Shown here one piece after another: positions 13,581 to 26,173 of a stretch of 64,000 nt of DNA. Origin of the DNA: Owenia fusiformis. Lineage: Eukaryota. Position 1 is the first letter of the stretch. The number at the start of each line of letters is the position of its first letter. Location: NCBI GenBank assembly GCA_903813345.2, contig CAIIXF020000001.1:42036001-42100000 (forward strand), read 5' to 3'. The position numbers and the translations under genes were made by a program. Below the pieces are notes generated by a model. The model searched no databases. It saw only the letters and a program-made list of their open reading frames with translations, and had not been told where the DNA came from.

Positions 13581-14667
13581 GGTAATCATTATTTCAGCTG
13601 ACGGGTCCGATATTTGGTATATAACGAATGCACACTAGTGTCGAGAGGGTCGACTTTTGACCCAACTATCGAGCTTATCTGTTTACCCAATCTTTCAAAT
13701 GAGGGTTATCATTCATAACATCAATAGGCTATCCCTGTTGCTTTGTGGTCACTGAGAAAACATTGAAATGTGAATGAATGACTTTCAAGTAGTGACCTTT
13801 TGTGTAGCAGCCTAGTTTATATATAGTTACCTCAACGTCCAAATATAAGACCATGGATTACTGACTTTCTTGCACATACGCTGCGCTATGAATTTTCTTA
13901 GTCTAATAAAAATATCTTGCATTTTGCGAATGGAAAATTGCACCATTTACCGGTTAAATCAATTTAAACCCAAATGAAGAAAACAGTTAAACCTCTAACG
14001 GTGCAGGCCCACCAGTGCGTCCGGTTTGAGCATTCGGATGCTGTCAATGTCATTAACGAGTGCTCAGATTCCATCAAATTATATGTTGCAACAGCTCATT
14101 TTTATGTGATCATTTTAAGATTAACCTGACCTAAAACATTCTTATTTTTTCATTTAGAATTCCTCACAGAAGTTAAATTTGACAGGACTCTGATGCATCA
14201 CTTTGGTTATCTTCAACATTCTCATGTAACCATGTTCAAGACGATTGGGTATAGGTTGCCAATTACACTTGGAAATAGATTTGGGAAATCGGTGCCATTT
14301 CTACACCATCTGAGTTTCAATTTATCACATCCGTGCCAGTGTATCTATGGGCACGATGACATTACTTGCTGAATTTCTATACTAATCACACTTGTCCTAA
14401 TCAAGTTGTATGGAAAGCTCTCAATCAGTTAATGTCGTTAATATACGAGTGTCTGGTCAGACTCGAAGAAATATCTCTGTAACTAGCTCTGGAATCCATC
14501 ACTTTTCACTGGTTTCAGATATTTTTTCACCAGGAATTGAAATTATTTTGATGAATATCATATGATTTATACACTGGTAGCGCATGTTTGCGTCATGAGG
14601 ATTTCTAAGGTAATACACTAATAGATAGATACAAATGGTTATGCTCAATATTTTTCAGACCCCTTAA

Positions 14668-15430
14668 AGGAGTGGTATCGATTATGGTGGACTTTTTTAA
14701 CACACGTTTCTCTTAAACCAGTCATACAAAATAAAAGATCTAACACATCGTCAATTTAATGGTCATCTTTTGAATGGTAACAATATAATTTGTAAAATAT
14801 ATATATACTTTTATCTTAATTGTTTTAGGAAACACATCACACACTTGTTTTGTTCTTGGTATCATATTTCTAAAGTGAAATGAAACATGCATCTTTCCGA
14901 ACCTCATTGGAACCAAACGACATAAACACAACATGTTTAGGTCTCTCAATATTGTAATTGTACAAAGGAAATTTTGGTTGATTTTAAAAAAGTATCTTGT
15001 TAATGAAATAAAAGGTTTATCTTGATTTTTATATATATATATTTTTTTTGGGGGGGGGGGGGTCGATTTTGTTTTAATTTTTTGAATACTTTTTTGAAAC
15101 CAACCTAAACTTCCTTTGTACAACTATAATATTGAGAGGTCTAAAACATGTTGTATATGCTATTTTGTTCCAACAATTAAGGTTCGGAAAGACATTTTAT
15201 TTCATTCTCAAGAATTGGTAGAAAGGAGCAAAAACAATTGCACAAAAAACAATTTTTTAAACAAAAACAGTTACTAAGTATATAAAATATTTCTAAATAA
15301 TTTTCGCATTAAATTGTTGCCAATCGGTCAACATTACCTAAAATACCGTGTTTTTTCACAGAATGTTTTCAATAATTGGTTTAAGAGAAAAACATTGTCG
15401 AATTCAATTCACCATATCGATACCTATCCT
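14668..15430. mobile_element. Kolobok-like foldback MITE
   Basis: ttaa|aggagtggtatcgat...atcgatacctatcct; long imperfect palindrome; second copy at 20961. Confidence 0.8.
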
Positions 15431-15609
15431 TTGTTAAGGCAAAACGATCAAAAGGGAGCCAAAGAGTATCAAGGGACATATACACAACGTGAAGGGAAGC
15501 ATTTAAAGCCACAACTCTCCAAGTAAAATAAACGCACATTATCCAATCTCTAACCCAGAGCCATCCTTTATTTAATGCTTTAGAGGGAAGTATTCAAAGG
15601 ATAATACAG

Positions 15610-15867
15610 CATTGGCTGATCTGGGGGGGGGGGGGGGGGTGGGCGGGGTGGGCCCAGAAAAATGTTTGGCCCCAAAAAATGTTGGGCCAAAAAAGGCCTT
15701 AAGAACCCAAAAAGAAGGCATTTTTGGTCAATATTGGGCCAAATTTAAAAGAAAATGGCCTCAAAATTTCATAATTTTGGTCCACTCTTTGGTTTTAGGG
15801 GCCCAGACTTTTTTCTCTTACCTGAAATTTACCCCCCCCCCTTTGTTGGTTCCCAGATCCGCCCCTG
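15610..15867. mobile_element. MITE with GGCGGATC/poly-G termini and 6 bp TSD
   Basis: cattggctgatctggggg...cccagatccgcccctg; ATACAG at 15604-15609 and 15868-15873. Confidence 0.75.
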
Positions 15868-16266
15868 ATACAGGTATCCATCAATGCACATTATGTCCAA
15901 CACCCGTCTACTACCACACCATTCAGCAATCATGCATTCGTTTAGTATTTTCCGCTTCTTATGGTTAACAAAAATCTAGCGAATGATGTATCCAGTAACT
16001 GAATATTAGTAATCAATCAAAAGTTATGTCATGTAATAAATGATTTATCGCTTATAATTTAAAATAAATGTTTCAATGGAAATATAGCACACAAAGAAAA
16101 AGTATTCGATTTCCCGAGTGTGATATAATATCGGTAATCACAATACAAAAAATCTGTCAGATCGAAAGAAGAAATCTGTCAGATTTTGAAATAAGAATCT
16201 TCCTGAATTACATGTACGTATTCAACAAACGGACAAAAATGTGTTAATTAGAAATCAAACAATATA

Positions 16267-17131
16267 TCGGGTGTCCCAAAAAAACGTCACACTTTTTGAC
16301 TTGTAATATCTCATTTATTTGAAAGCCAAGTTCTTTGAAAATTCTCAGGGACCAACTTTAGGCTGTTTGCAGGAAGCATTGAAAATATCAAAGCGATTTG
16401 TTATAAATCCAGTGAGAATTGCTCAATACACAAATGCAAGTCAAGAAATACAATATCAGGGCAACTTTCTTATTTCAACCTGTTTTCAACCTTCTTCCAC
16501 TTCCAATCGTGGCTCTTTTTTCCATCCTGATAATGCTCTTGCGAATCTCATCTAAAGTGATTTTCTCCCAGGAAGCAGAAATTCTGTCCTTTAATCCCTG
16601 CTCTTTGAACTTGTCATTATATCCATGGTACACATTTCCTTCAAAGAGTCCCCAGCCTTTTTCCTTGAAACAATTAGCTTTATCTCCATCGCTGAAAACC
16701 ATGATTGCTCTTTTGCAAATGACACTTTGGAATGAATTTGTCTTGGACACAAGTATCAATACAAGAATCTCACCAGCTTGACACATTTAAATAGGTTGAC
16801 ACTGATTGCCAACTTCTGCAAGGTCAATACTGACAACATTTTAATCACCTTGGCAACCATACAGCACTTAGTATCTGACCTGCATAACCATTTGCCTGTT
16901 ATTACTGGGTGCTTAATGCACTTCTCAGTTGACGAAACACTGATATTTCATTTTTAATATGATTTTTTTGTTCCAGTCAGTAAATCAAAAATATGAGTTG
17001 GATTTTTTTATCTTTTCACAGTCAATACAAAATATCCTGATCCCAATAATTACAAAATTTTAATGATTTCAGTGCAAAGGAAGCTGAGATATTGCTAGTC
17101 AAAAAGTGTGACGTTTTTTTGGGACACTCGC
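16267..17131 (-). mobile_element. Internally deleted Tc1/mariner element
   Basis: ~45 bp TIRs (cgggtgtcccaaaaaaacgtcacactttttgact); left flank TA; carries a transposase remnant. Confidence 0.85.
16475..16702 (-). pseudogene. Tc1-type transposase remnant with N- and C-termini fused
   Basis: MVFSDGDKA..KEKGWG joined to LFEGNVY...LKDRISASWEKITLDEIRKSIIRMEKR, resembling the Tc1 C-terminal helices (LKxxIxxxWxxIxxxxIxxxIxxMxxR). Confidence 0.65.
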
Positions 17132-17629
17132 AAGAAAGATGCTATACTTGTATCAGAATTTTTTGAATATGGCAGATTCATACGTTGATATGGCAGATTC
17201 ATATGTAAATACTACGTATTCAATGGTAAGCTCGGCCGTCAATATCTGACAGATTCTGGGCAAAAATCTGGCAGATGTATATGTGAATCAGGCGGATTCA
17301 TATGTAAATCTGGCAGACTCACTAATCTGCCTTCTACTGCACCACCATCAAGATATGTCATATTCCGCGTAACATGTGGAATACAAGGAATAAATTTAAT
17401 TAAAGTGTTCTTCTCAAGCGTGTTCCTATTAGTGAAATTGTAAACCGTATAACCCTTGTTCAATTTTTTTTATTATTCTCATTAGATGGGACTGATTATG
17501 AGGAGAGCAGTCTTAACTGAAATTCTAACAGAAAATAAGGAGGTAATCATATAAAGGAACTATCGAAAAAACGTTTGCGAACCCGTAGAATTATGGTCGT
17601 CTCGGGATTTGTTCTCCCCTTCTTAGTCA

Positions 17630-17920
17630 CTCAGCTGGATAACTCCAACTGCAGTTAGCTTCATGACGTAATGATGACGTAGATCAACTTCGGTTAGAGT
17701 CATCCTAGGTGAAGCCGTTTTCTTTAAAATTCTCTAATATTGCGGTTGTTTGGGCATTCATTTATCGTTGAATACAATCGTAGTTTTATTAATTTGTATG
17801 GCGAAACTTTTGGAATCAAGATTCAACTTAGTTTAGCTGAAATCGGAGGTTATCGAAAACGAAAGAATCTTGGCAACCATCTTGAACGAAGCTAACTGCA
17901 GTTAGAGTCATCCAGCCGTG
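17630..17920. mobile_element. MITE with ~35 bp TIRs (CAC-type terminus, CMC-like)
   Basis: ctcagctggataactccaactgcagttagcttc pairs with gaagctaactgcagttagagtcatccagccgtg. Confidence 0.7.
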
Positions 17921-19684
17921 GAACAGTGTTAGTATTTAGTTGCGCATGTCACATTGAGTAACAATGTATTTAGTAGCATAGTTGTATTAGGACAGTAATC
18001 TCTGACCATGGTGGTTTAACATTACATCAATGTGTGTATGTGTAGGAATATATAAGCGCAAATGTCAAAGGGAAAAAAGGATAGGAAATGTCAGTTGTGC
18101 TTCCTCTGGTGTTTTCGAGCGTTAACATCAGCTGCCTCTAGTCAGATCGACTAACAAAACAAACTTTTTTGGGGTTGTCGAGTTGACCGAGAGGGCTTGA
18201 ACGCCAGCACGTTCAGGCTAGGCGATTGGGCGCCGTAACCACGAGGTTGCGAGTTCGAGACGTGTGTGCTCCTTGTGTTTATTCATTCACGTAGTTCTCT
18301 AAAAACGTGCTTTACCTCTCTACATTCAAGTGAAAATAATATTCTTTCGCACATTGTTGATCTGAACACAAGTGCACTTTTAACGGTTGGACTATCAAAT
18401 GATTTCCTTTTAATAAGATATGATGAAGTTATGAATAAATCAATTTAGCTTTAATGAAGTCTTCGATTTTCAACTTGAGAATTAAGTACGCATGGGATTA
18501 TTGTTTCATTGCGGATAGTGCGGTATTTTACACATGTACACCACCCATTATATGTCTATCTAGAGATAATCTTCTATTTAAAATATAGGAAATTGCATTG
18601 AATATCATTTTACGAACTTTATCACGCAATGGTTATCAAAATATTTGTATTGCCTGTTGTTCTTAGTTTAATTTCATGGAAGGTTGAAGTGGATCATTTA
18701 ATCCAATGGATTTTAAGCAAGACATAATTGCAAGGTCATTCCGGAATTTAATGAACCTAACATTATTTTCATTACATTCCGATTGGTGATAATGATTTAA
18801 CTATTGATTTACATCTCTTCAATTAAAGATCTGCACTGGATCGTCGAATTCAATCCTTATTTATTGACAGAATTATCTTCAGAGTCATGGTTGATTATTC
18901 ATCAATTAAAACCCAGTTTAGCTCATAAGGGAACTGATTTATGGCCTATATGTTATTACTGAAATGCCGATTAAAAAGAAGAAGATGCTCATTATTTGGG
19001 ATCCCATTAGTATTAGATTTTTATAACTACAGGGTGTTGCAAAATTGGAACGTTTTTTATATAACTTCATCTTGCATGACAATTTCATTCTCCTATATGT
19101 ATACTAAAAGAATAATTCAAAAATGCGTACGCTCGTAATTAGAACATCGTAAAAACTTCCAACTGTCCAGGCCAATCTTTCGCACACAATTTTAGCCCGT
19201 TCGGTAACACGTTTTAAGACTTATGTTATATTCGGAGCAAGTTTTGTTTGACGGTGAGGTTTTTAGGTCACTCTTTAAGGAAGTACTCATATTCAGCTGT
19301 ATAAAAACAGGTTATAGTCCCTTACCACGTTTGACTTCATAACCTTCTGCATTTGCATGCCAATTTTGACGAAGAACAGATCCAAAATTAGTTGGCCATA
19401 ATATAGAGGTCATGTATGATTTATTTTCGAGGCAACCCCATAAACTCAAGTCTATTTAATGAAGGCAAGGGTATTTGAAGGGTGAGACTTGGATAGAATA
19501 AAAATTTTAGAATAAATTGATTATGCATGCACGTCAACAAAAATGGAACATAGGTACATGATATTCTAACATGACTGTTTGATGCCACAATTTGCACCAG
19601 GTTTTCCCAAACCTAGAAACCTAGTAAAAATGGTTTGGAGCATGTAAACTTCCAAACTGTTTCATCCCTTCTTAAGGAATGAAA

Positions 19685-20021
19685 TATTCGCCTGTTCGTT
19701 CTTTGGGAGCAAACAGTTTTTGGTTGTCCGCATGACTTCAAATTCCTTTCTACAGAATATGTACTTTTATATTCGCCTGTTCGTTCTTTGGGAGCAAACA
19801 GTTTTTGGTTGTCCACTGCATGACTTCAAATTCCTTTCTACAGAATATGTACTTTTATATTCGCTTGTTCGTTCTTTGGGAGCAAACAGTTTTTGGTTGT
19901 CCACTGCATGACTTCAAATTCCTTTCTACAGAATATGTACTTTTATATTCGCTTGTTCGTTCTTTGGGAGCAAACAGTTTTTGGTTGTCCACTGCATGAC
20001 TTCGAATTCCTTTCCACAGAA
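19685..20021. repeat. 88 bp tandem repeat, about 3.9 copies
   Basis: Units start at 19685, 19770, 19858 and 19946 and are nearly identical. Confidence 0.95.
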
Positions 20022-20960
20022 CATTGTTCATTGTTCATTACATGTCCTTTCAACTTTCTGATCACATTGTTTGAACCTTTTTATTCAGATTTTTTCGCAA
20101 TTTTTGTCCCTCTCCAACCACTTTCATTGAAACATGCATGTTGCCATCAAGTCTGCCGAAGAGAAAAACATTGATTCAGTCAAACCAAACAGAAGAGTTT
20201 CTTTGACGATACAGCCAGAAATTTCCCAGACAACACTTCATTCGTCTTGTGTATCACACGGGTGCGCACGCTCTACTCATAACACATGACAAGTGATGCA
20301 GTGTGCACGTGGATCAACGGGACGTGCGTTTTGAGACTATGTTTTCACCTTTACTCCGTGTACAGATTACTTAAACTATGACCTTGAAAAGGGGTCAGTA
20401 TATTCATGACATCATGCCATTTAAATGTCTAAAGTTTGGGAGGGTTTGAAGAAGGGATAATGGAGCAACTTAGCATCAAAGTACTGCCCATTTTTATGCC
20501 CATCTGATAGATTAAGAAGGTGAATCGAGTTAATTTCTAGTTTTTTCAATGTTCTAAATGCTGTATCCAGTCCAGCGATTTAGTGTATTTCCTGTTATAC
20601 TCGACGAAAATACTCTACACGTTTCCATCCCCTGTATCCATAGCATAGTATTAATGCGCGATGGGCTCATATGAGGCCTTTTTAAAAAGGCATCAATTAG
20701 TCATTAACTCCTAATTACTACCACGAAATTATTTCCTAGTAAAAACACACTCGTGGGAAATCAATTCCACGTTTATAACTTCCAGACCTTATACATACAA
20801 TCATTCAGACCTGGTATATTGATATATGAGAACACACAGATAACTAATTAGCACATTATTTAGATAACAAAACTAATTTATATATACAGGGTGGGCCAAA
20901 AAAACAGTACCCAAGTTTAAAGAGAATGACCTTTGTTTTCTCGTGGAGTAATAGGATAAA

Positions 20961-21689
20961 AGGAGTGGTATCGATATGGAAAACCTCTTGAACACACGTT
21001 TCTCTTAAACCAGTCATAAAAAAACTAAAAATTTAACACATCGTCAATTTAATGGTCATCTTTTGAATAGTAACAATATAATTTGAAAAACATATATATG
21101 CTTTCATATATATTGTTTTAGAAAACACATCAAACACTTGTTTTGTTCTTGGTATCGTGTTTCCAGAGTGAAATGAAACATCTTTCCGAACCTCATTGGA
21201 ACCAAACGACGTAAACACAACATGTTTAGGTCTCTCAATGTAATTGTACAAAGGAAATTTTGGTTGATTTTGAAAAAGTATCTTGTTAATGAAACAAAAA
21301 GTTTATCTTCATTTTTATCTATTTCGGGGGGATTTTGTTTTAATTTTAATTTTTGAATATTTTTTTAAAATCAACCAAAAATTCCTTTGTATAACTATAA
21401 TATTAAGAGGTCTAAAAACATGTTGTATATGCTATTTTGTTCCAACAAGGTTCGGAAAGACATTTTATTTCATTCTCAAGAATTGGTAGAAAGGAGCTAA
21501 AACAATTGCACTAAAAAAACTGAAAATGTTAACAAAAACAATAAAAAATTTCTAAATAATTTTCGCATTAAACTGTTGTCAATCAGTCAACATTACATAA
21601 AATACCATGTTTTTTACAGAAAGTTTTCAATGATTGGTTTAAGAGGAAACATATTGTTGAATTCAGTTCTCAATATCGATACCACTCCT
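20961..21689. mobile_element. Kolobok-like foldback MITE, second copy
   Basis: taaa|aggagtggtatcgatat...atatcgataccactcct|ttaa; collinear with 14668-15430. Confidence 0.85.
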
Positions 21690-21694
21690 TTAAA

Positions 21695-21975
21695 CAAGGG
21701 GTGTCATGAGCGACCAAAAATGAAAATTCCCGAATTTCCCTTCATATTGCAGTCATAGCTGCACTCAGTATGCTTGACTGAATAATTATTTTATTTAAGA
21801 GTAATACACAATTGATAGTTAATTAAAAATATATAGGTATTATTGGTGAACTTTGCACTAAATTTTCTATAAATGCACCTCTTTTGGAAATACAAAATTT
21901 GTTAAAATTTCCCTCCATTTTCCACAATTTGGAAATCAGCAGCAAATAATGTTTTGGTCGCTTATGACACCACTG
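21695..21975. mobile_element. hAT-like MITE
   Basis: caaggggtgtcatgagcgaccaaaa pairs with ttttggtcgcttatgacaccactg; TSD not seen. Confidence 0.65.
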
Positions 21976-22919
21976 ATGTCACTTTTAGCCTCTAACTCCA
22001 TATCAAAACAACTGTTTTTCAAACGGATGGTGACACATTGTTAGGAAATGATTTATCTTTAAAATGATAAATAATACAGGGCATGATTTAACATATATCA
22101 TATGATTTGGCCCACCCTGTAGATGAGATAGTGCGAAAAATTTTACTTATAAAACCAGGAAATAATACCGTGTTTGAATACTTATGCACTTTTACAATTT
22201 GAATTTGTAATGCATTGTAAAGGGTAGTTAAATAAAATTATATATATTTTATCCTTTACAATTAAATAATTAATTTATGTAATAAAATAATCATATACAA
22301 TCGATATAATCAAAAATGCTAAATGGTAAAAGGTGTCTACATGTAGTATTCCTGTAGTCGAAGCATTCTATTTGAAGATCACCTGGCCATGTGTTAGTGT
22401 CTTACACTTTTACAATGTGATCTCGATGATATATTTGAATATTTGGTTTGAAAGATTAACTGGCATAAAACAGTTTGATGGAATCATTAATAAGGGGAAG
22501 AAGAAAGCCAGATGTCGGAAAAGTAAATTACTTTTCAATTATTATGTAATGTGAGTATCTGTTATATAAATGAAAATACTGAAGTATTGCAAATTGTAGA
22601 CAGCTGATGCTAAGCCCCGATCGATAAAACTAACAGTAACCATTTAAAAACAAACAGCTTTTCACCTTTCGGAACCAATGGTTTTCCAATAGGACCTATC
22701 TTTGATTTGTCTTTCCAAATATGACTTTCTTTCAAAAGATGATAGAACAAATTAAGATTCGATCTAGCTAGAGAATAAAGTTTGTGAATGTTGATAAATA
22801 ATTGAATGATCTATCACCGGTAAGAAAATCGAAGGGATTGGTATATAAAAAGCATCTGTGTAAAAAAGCGTCCATTACTTATTGACCACCCCTCGTAGGT
22901 ACACGGAAGGACGTGAATG

Positions 22920-23441
22920 ATGTTCAGAGGGTTTCATGTGAGTCAATGAATGGAGTTCAGGGACATTTCTTTGAGTCAATAAATGGAGATTAGGGATGTT
23001 CGTGTGAGTCAATGAAAGTAGATCAGGGAAGTTCATGTGAGTGAATGAATGGAGTTCAGGGACATTTCTTTGAGTCAATGAATGGAGATTAGGGATGTTC
23101 GTGTGAGTCAATGAATGGAGTTCAGGGAAATTCATGTGAGTCAATCAAAGGAGTTCAGGGATGTCCATGTGAGTCAATGAATGGAGTTCAGGGAAATTCA
23201 TGTGAGTCAATCAAAGGAGTTCAGGGATGTCCATGTGAGTCAATGAATGGAGTTCAGGGAAGTTCATGTGAGTCAAGGAATAAAGTTCAGGGAGTTTCAT
23301 GTGAGTCAATGAATGGAGTTCAGGGAAGTTCATGTGAGTCAATGAATGAAGTCCAGGGAAGTCCATGTGAGTTAATGAAAGGAGTTTAGGGAAGTTCGTG
23401 AGTCAATGGATGATTATCGAAGAGGCCCATGTGAGTCAATG
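22920..23441. repeat. 33 bp minisatellite, about 16 copies
   Basis: Unit gtgagtcaatgaatggagttcagggaagttcat; gives the 11 aa periodicity seen in the ORF track. Confidence 0.95.
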
Positions 23442-23506
23442 ACATGTGTGATCAGATCGCGGGGATCAGATAAGTTAATTTGAGCCAGTGAGAGGTACAC
23501 ATAAGT

Positions 23507-23580
23507 AATAACCCAGACGAGAGTTGGCAATTACCAGTTTCACCACCAGGTGGCCAATTTGGGTCAGATAAATTCGGGTC
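23507..23580 (+). mobile_element. Diverged left-end fragment of the 11271/47222 MITE family
   Basis: aataacccagacgagagttggcaattaccagtttcaccaccaggtggcc...gggtcagata. Confidence 0.6.
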
Positions 23581-26071
23581 CCTTAAAACTGAATAATATG
23601 TATCAGTTTAAGTGGATCAAGATTATTTCTATGTGTATCTACGTAGTCTGAGTATTTTGGTGTGGCTCGATGTGAGGCTTCCTCGTTTCATAATTGATTC
23701 CATACTACCATGCAAGATCATTTGAATCTGAACTCAATACATTTAATAACATAGGTATGTCTATTATGTTGCTTCAAGATTATCACCTCTGCCTTTTATA
23801 TGAGGTAGCATTAAGCCATGATTGTCATTCACACCTCGTTTATTTCCCTCGTGTCGTATCTACTTAGGTAACCAAAATAACCCAGGGGGACTATATATCT
23901 ACCACAACGTTCCAAGGAGAGCATGAACGATCACTTGATTCACACAAGAACGACTTTTGTGTGCTTCGTGAGTTTTAAAGCCCAAAGAATTTTTATGTGT
24001 AGATGAAAATAAGTTTGTGCTTTTGTAGAAAGTAAAATGAGTTATCGGTAACTGAAAAAGAAATGCAAGAGGCTCGATTACAGGAAGTGTTAGCTGAATT
24101 TCAGCTATATTTTTAATACAATTTTTACTTTTTATTTCATTCAAAAGATTCATAATGATATAACAGCTGGTGATTTTATTTTAATTTTGTGGTCGTGACA
24201 TCAATACATGTTTGTTGTTGACAACGTCTATGGAAAATACATTAAAAGTACTTAAGTTGGCATAAGATGGACCATACAGTGCTCCTTGAATGTTCATCGC
24301 CTTAATTAATAAATAACAGTAAATACAAATATATATATTTTAAAATGCATGGCTTTTTAGTTCATAAATTGTATAAGTAAATGTTTTATTTTCGGGTGCT
24401 GTGTTTCAAGAGATTTGAACTTGGACTTAAAAACTATTCAACTATTTTTCCTTCTGTTAAGTACAGTGTGGTCTTGTCTTGACAAGGTCCTCCCTCCATG
24501 TCTTTGACTTTCCCAACTACTGTTTATCCAGTTGCTACTTGACTCCACCAAGTATTCTATAACAATATTTTGTTTAACTTTGATTTGTACTTGTAAAGCA
24601 GACATTTTTGGATGTGTTTGATCCGGAGAGTCTGACTCACTTTCTGACTCACTGATCTAAGACATTCTTTAGGTCTATAATTCTATGGCATAATTGGCTG
24701 AGGGATCTAGAATTCACCTGCATACACATGGACATGTGTTGTTGAGTCATTAGCATGAAATCATACAAAAATGACAAAAAGGTCAATCAAAATCACCATT
24801 CAAAAGAGGATGCCACTCATGCCTATACCCTAGTTAACATGGTTGAAAAGTTGAACATATAATGTCATTGAATGGGGGCCCTGATGTAGTGCATTGTGGT
24901 ACTCCACATGTAATTGCTTGCTCTTGTGATTTTACACTAATATCCTCACATATAATTGTTTTCGATTATTCAGATTGCTTCGGAACCAATAATTCAATTT
25001 TCTACAGATTCCAGAAAATGTTTGTTTAGATACTTAACTGTCATCATTAACTGTATCAAATTACGGCGTGCAAATGCTTTACGGTGGTCTAAATATAATC
25101 TTAAATTAAAATAAAACTACTTCCATCACAAAGTTGATATATATTAACCTTGTCCTTGCAAATTCCATCTGGTCTACAATTTTATTAAATATTCGAAATA
25201 AACTTTAAAGGAGGACGGAAAGTATTGCAATAGATTTCGGAGAATCATATTTTGGTTTTTGACTATTTTCTGAGGATTTAAACAGGTGCATATGTAAGAC
25301 CAATGCATTACCTCCAGGTAAGCACTCATGCATAGAGATCGATGATAAAATAGATTCGACTTTGAGACAGGGAAGATCCGAACAACGCACCCACATGTTT
25401 TTCTGAAATGTTTTCCTGATTGTCAACTCTTTCCATCCCTGCATTTTCAATGTTTGTTGCATCAATATGTTGCGTTTCGACACCCAGTTAACTAATTGAA
25501 AGGACTTTTTCACATGATAATTGCGATAGCTGGCAACGTATGCGTTAACATTTATTTATTTGCCACGGCTTCTCTGACTTTTGGTTACTATGGCAACCAT
25601 TTTAATTAGATATCTCTAGAAAACTAAAATGTTCTTATTGATAGCAATACACTATAAATAAGTAAATAAAACAGGAACACTAAGGTTTGATATACAAGGA
25701 GTTTATTGATCCGAGTTATTAAATTTTCATATTACCAGTAATGCTATAATATCTCAAGACAATGGTCTTAATCTGTCGTAGAAGTGCGTTGTAAAGACAG
25801 GTGATAGCTAGCTGTCAGCTATCGCTGAGGTCACTAACATTTGAAACTATTGTTTTTTCTTTGTGATTTAAAGAGGCTCTATGCCATAGCATAGCACAAT
25901 CAAGACCCCTCTGGACTTTTTTACATATTGAATTTCACCACATATTCACCCATCTACTTACCAATAAGAAAAAAGTCCCAAACCCCCCTCTTTCAGTGTA
26001 AATTTTGCGATTGTGCTGGCCGATCTAATTACTTTCGCGGAAATTAATTCAATCTGAAGTTTGAATATACC

Positions 26072-26173
26072 GGGAAAGTCCTCCTGTTATCTGATTGGTC
26101 GTTGAATTTGTTTATCATGAACCTGATTGGCTGCCTGGTTCAAGGCGCTTGTGTGACTCAATGGGGATTCCCC
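26072..26173. promoter_or_regulatory. Cluster of NF-kB, CCAAT and AP-1 consensus motifs
   Basis: GGGAAAGTCC 26072, CTGATTGG 26091 and 26123, TGACTCA 26154, GGGGATTCCCC 26163. Confidence 0.3.

Larger units (their letters stand above)
11106..13742. mobile_element. Outer TIR element (Kolobok-like) with ~110 bp inverted repeats
   Basis: 11106-11216 is the reverse complement of about 13641-13742; left flank TTAA, right flank degenerate (ttgt). Confidence 0.75.
20887..22119. mobile_element. Tc1/mariner-like MITE with TA TSD, containing two nested MITEs
   Basis: ta|cagggtgggccaaa ... tttggcccaccctg|ta. Confidence 0.8.

Noticed and set aside
14740..15123. 127 aa ORF and its counterpart 21033-21251
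   Set aside because: Inside a palindromic MITE; frames not conserved between copies; no domain.
15612..15968. Gly/Pro-run ORF and poly-G possible G-quadruplex
   Set aside because: Explained by the poly-G/poly-C subterminal tracts of the MITE.
18205..18265. tRNA or SINE head (gaggttgcgagttcgagac B box)
   Set aside because: Only a B-box-like motif; A box and stems too degenerate to call.
19613..20174. Overlapping ORFs with repeated peptides
   Set aside because: By-products of the 88 bp tandem repeat.
22920..23441. CRISPR-like regular array, and ORFs 22875-23144 and 23111-23389
   Set aside because: Units are contiguous with no unique spacers, no cas genes are present and the context is eukaryotic; the ORFs arise because the 33 bp unit is a multiple of three.
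23860..25845. Possible 2 kb TIR element with ORF 25205-25513
   Set aside because: Terminal similarity too weak and no recognisable transposase motif.
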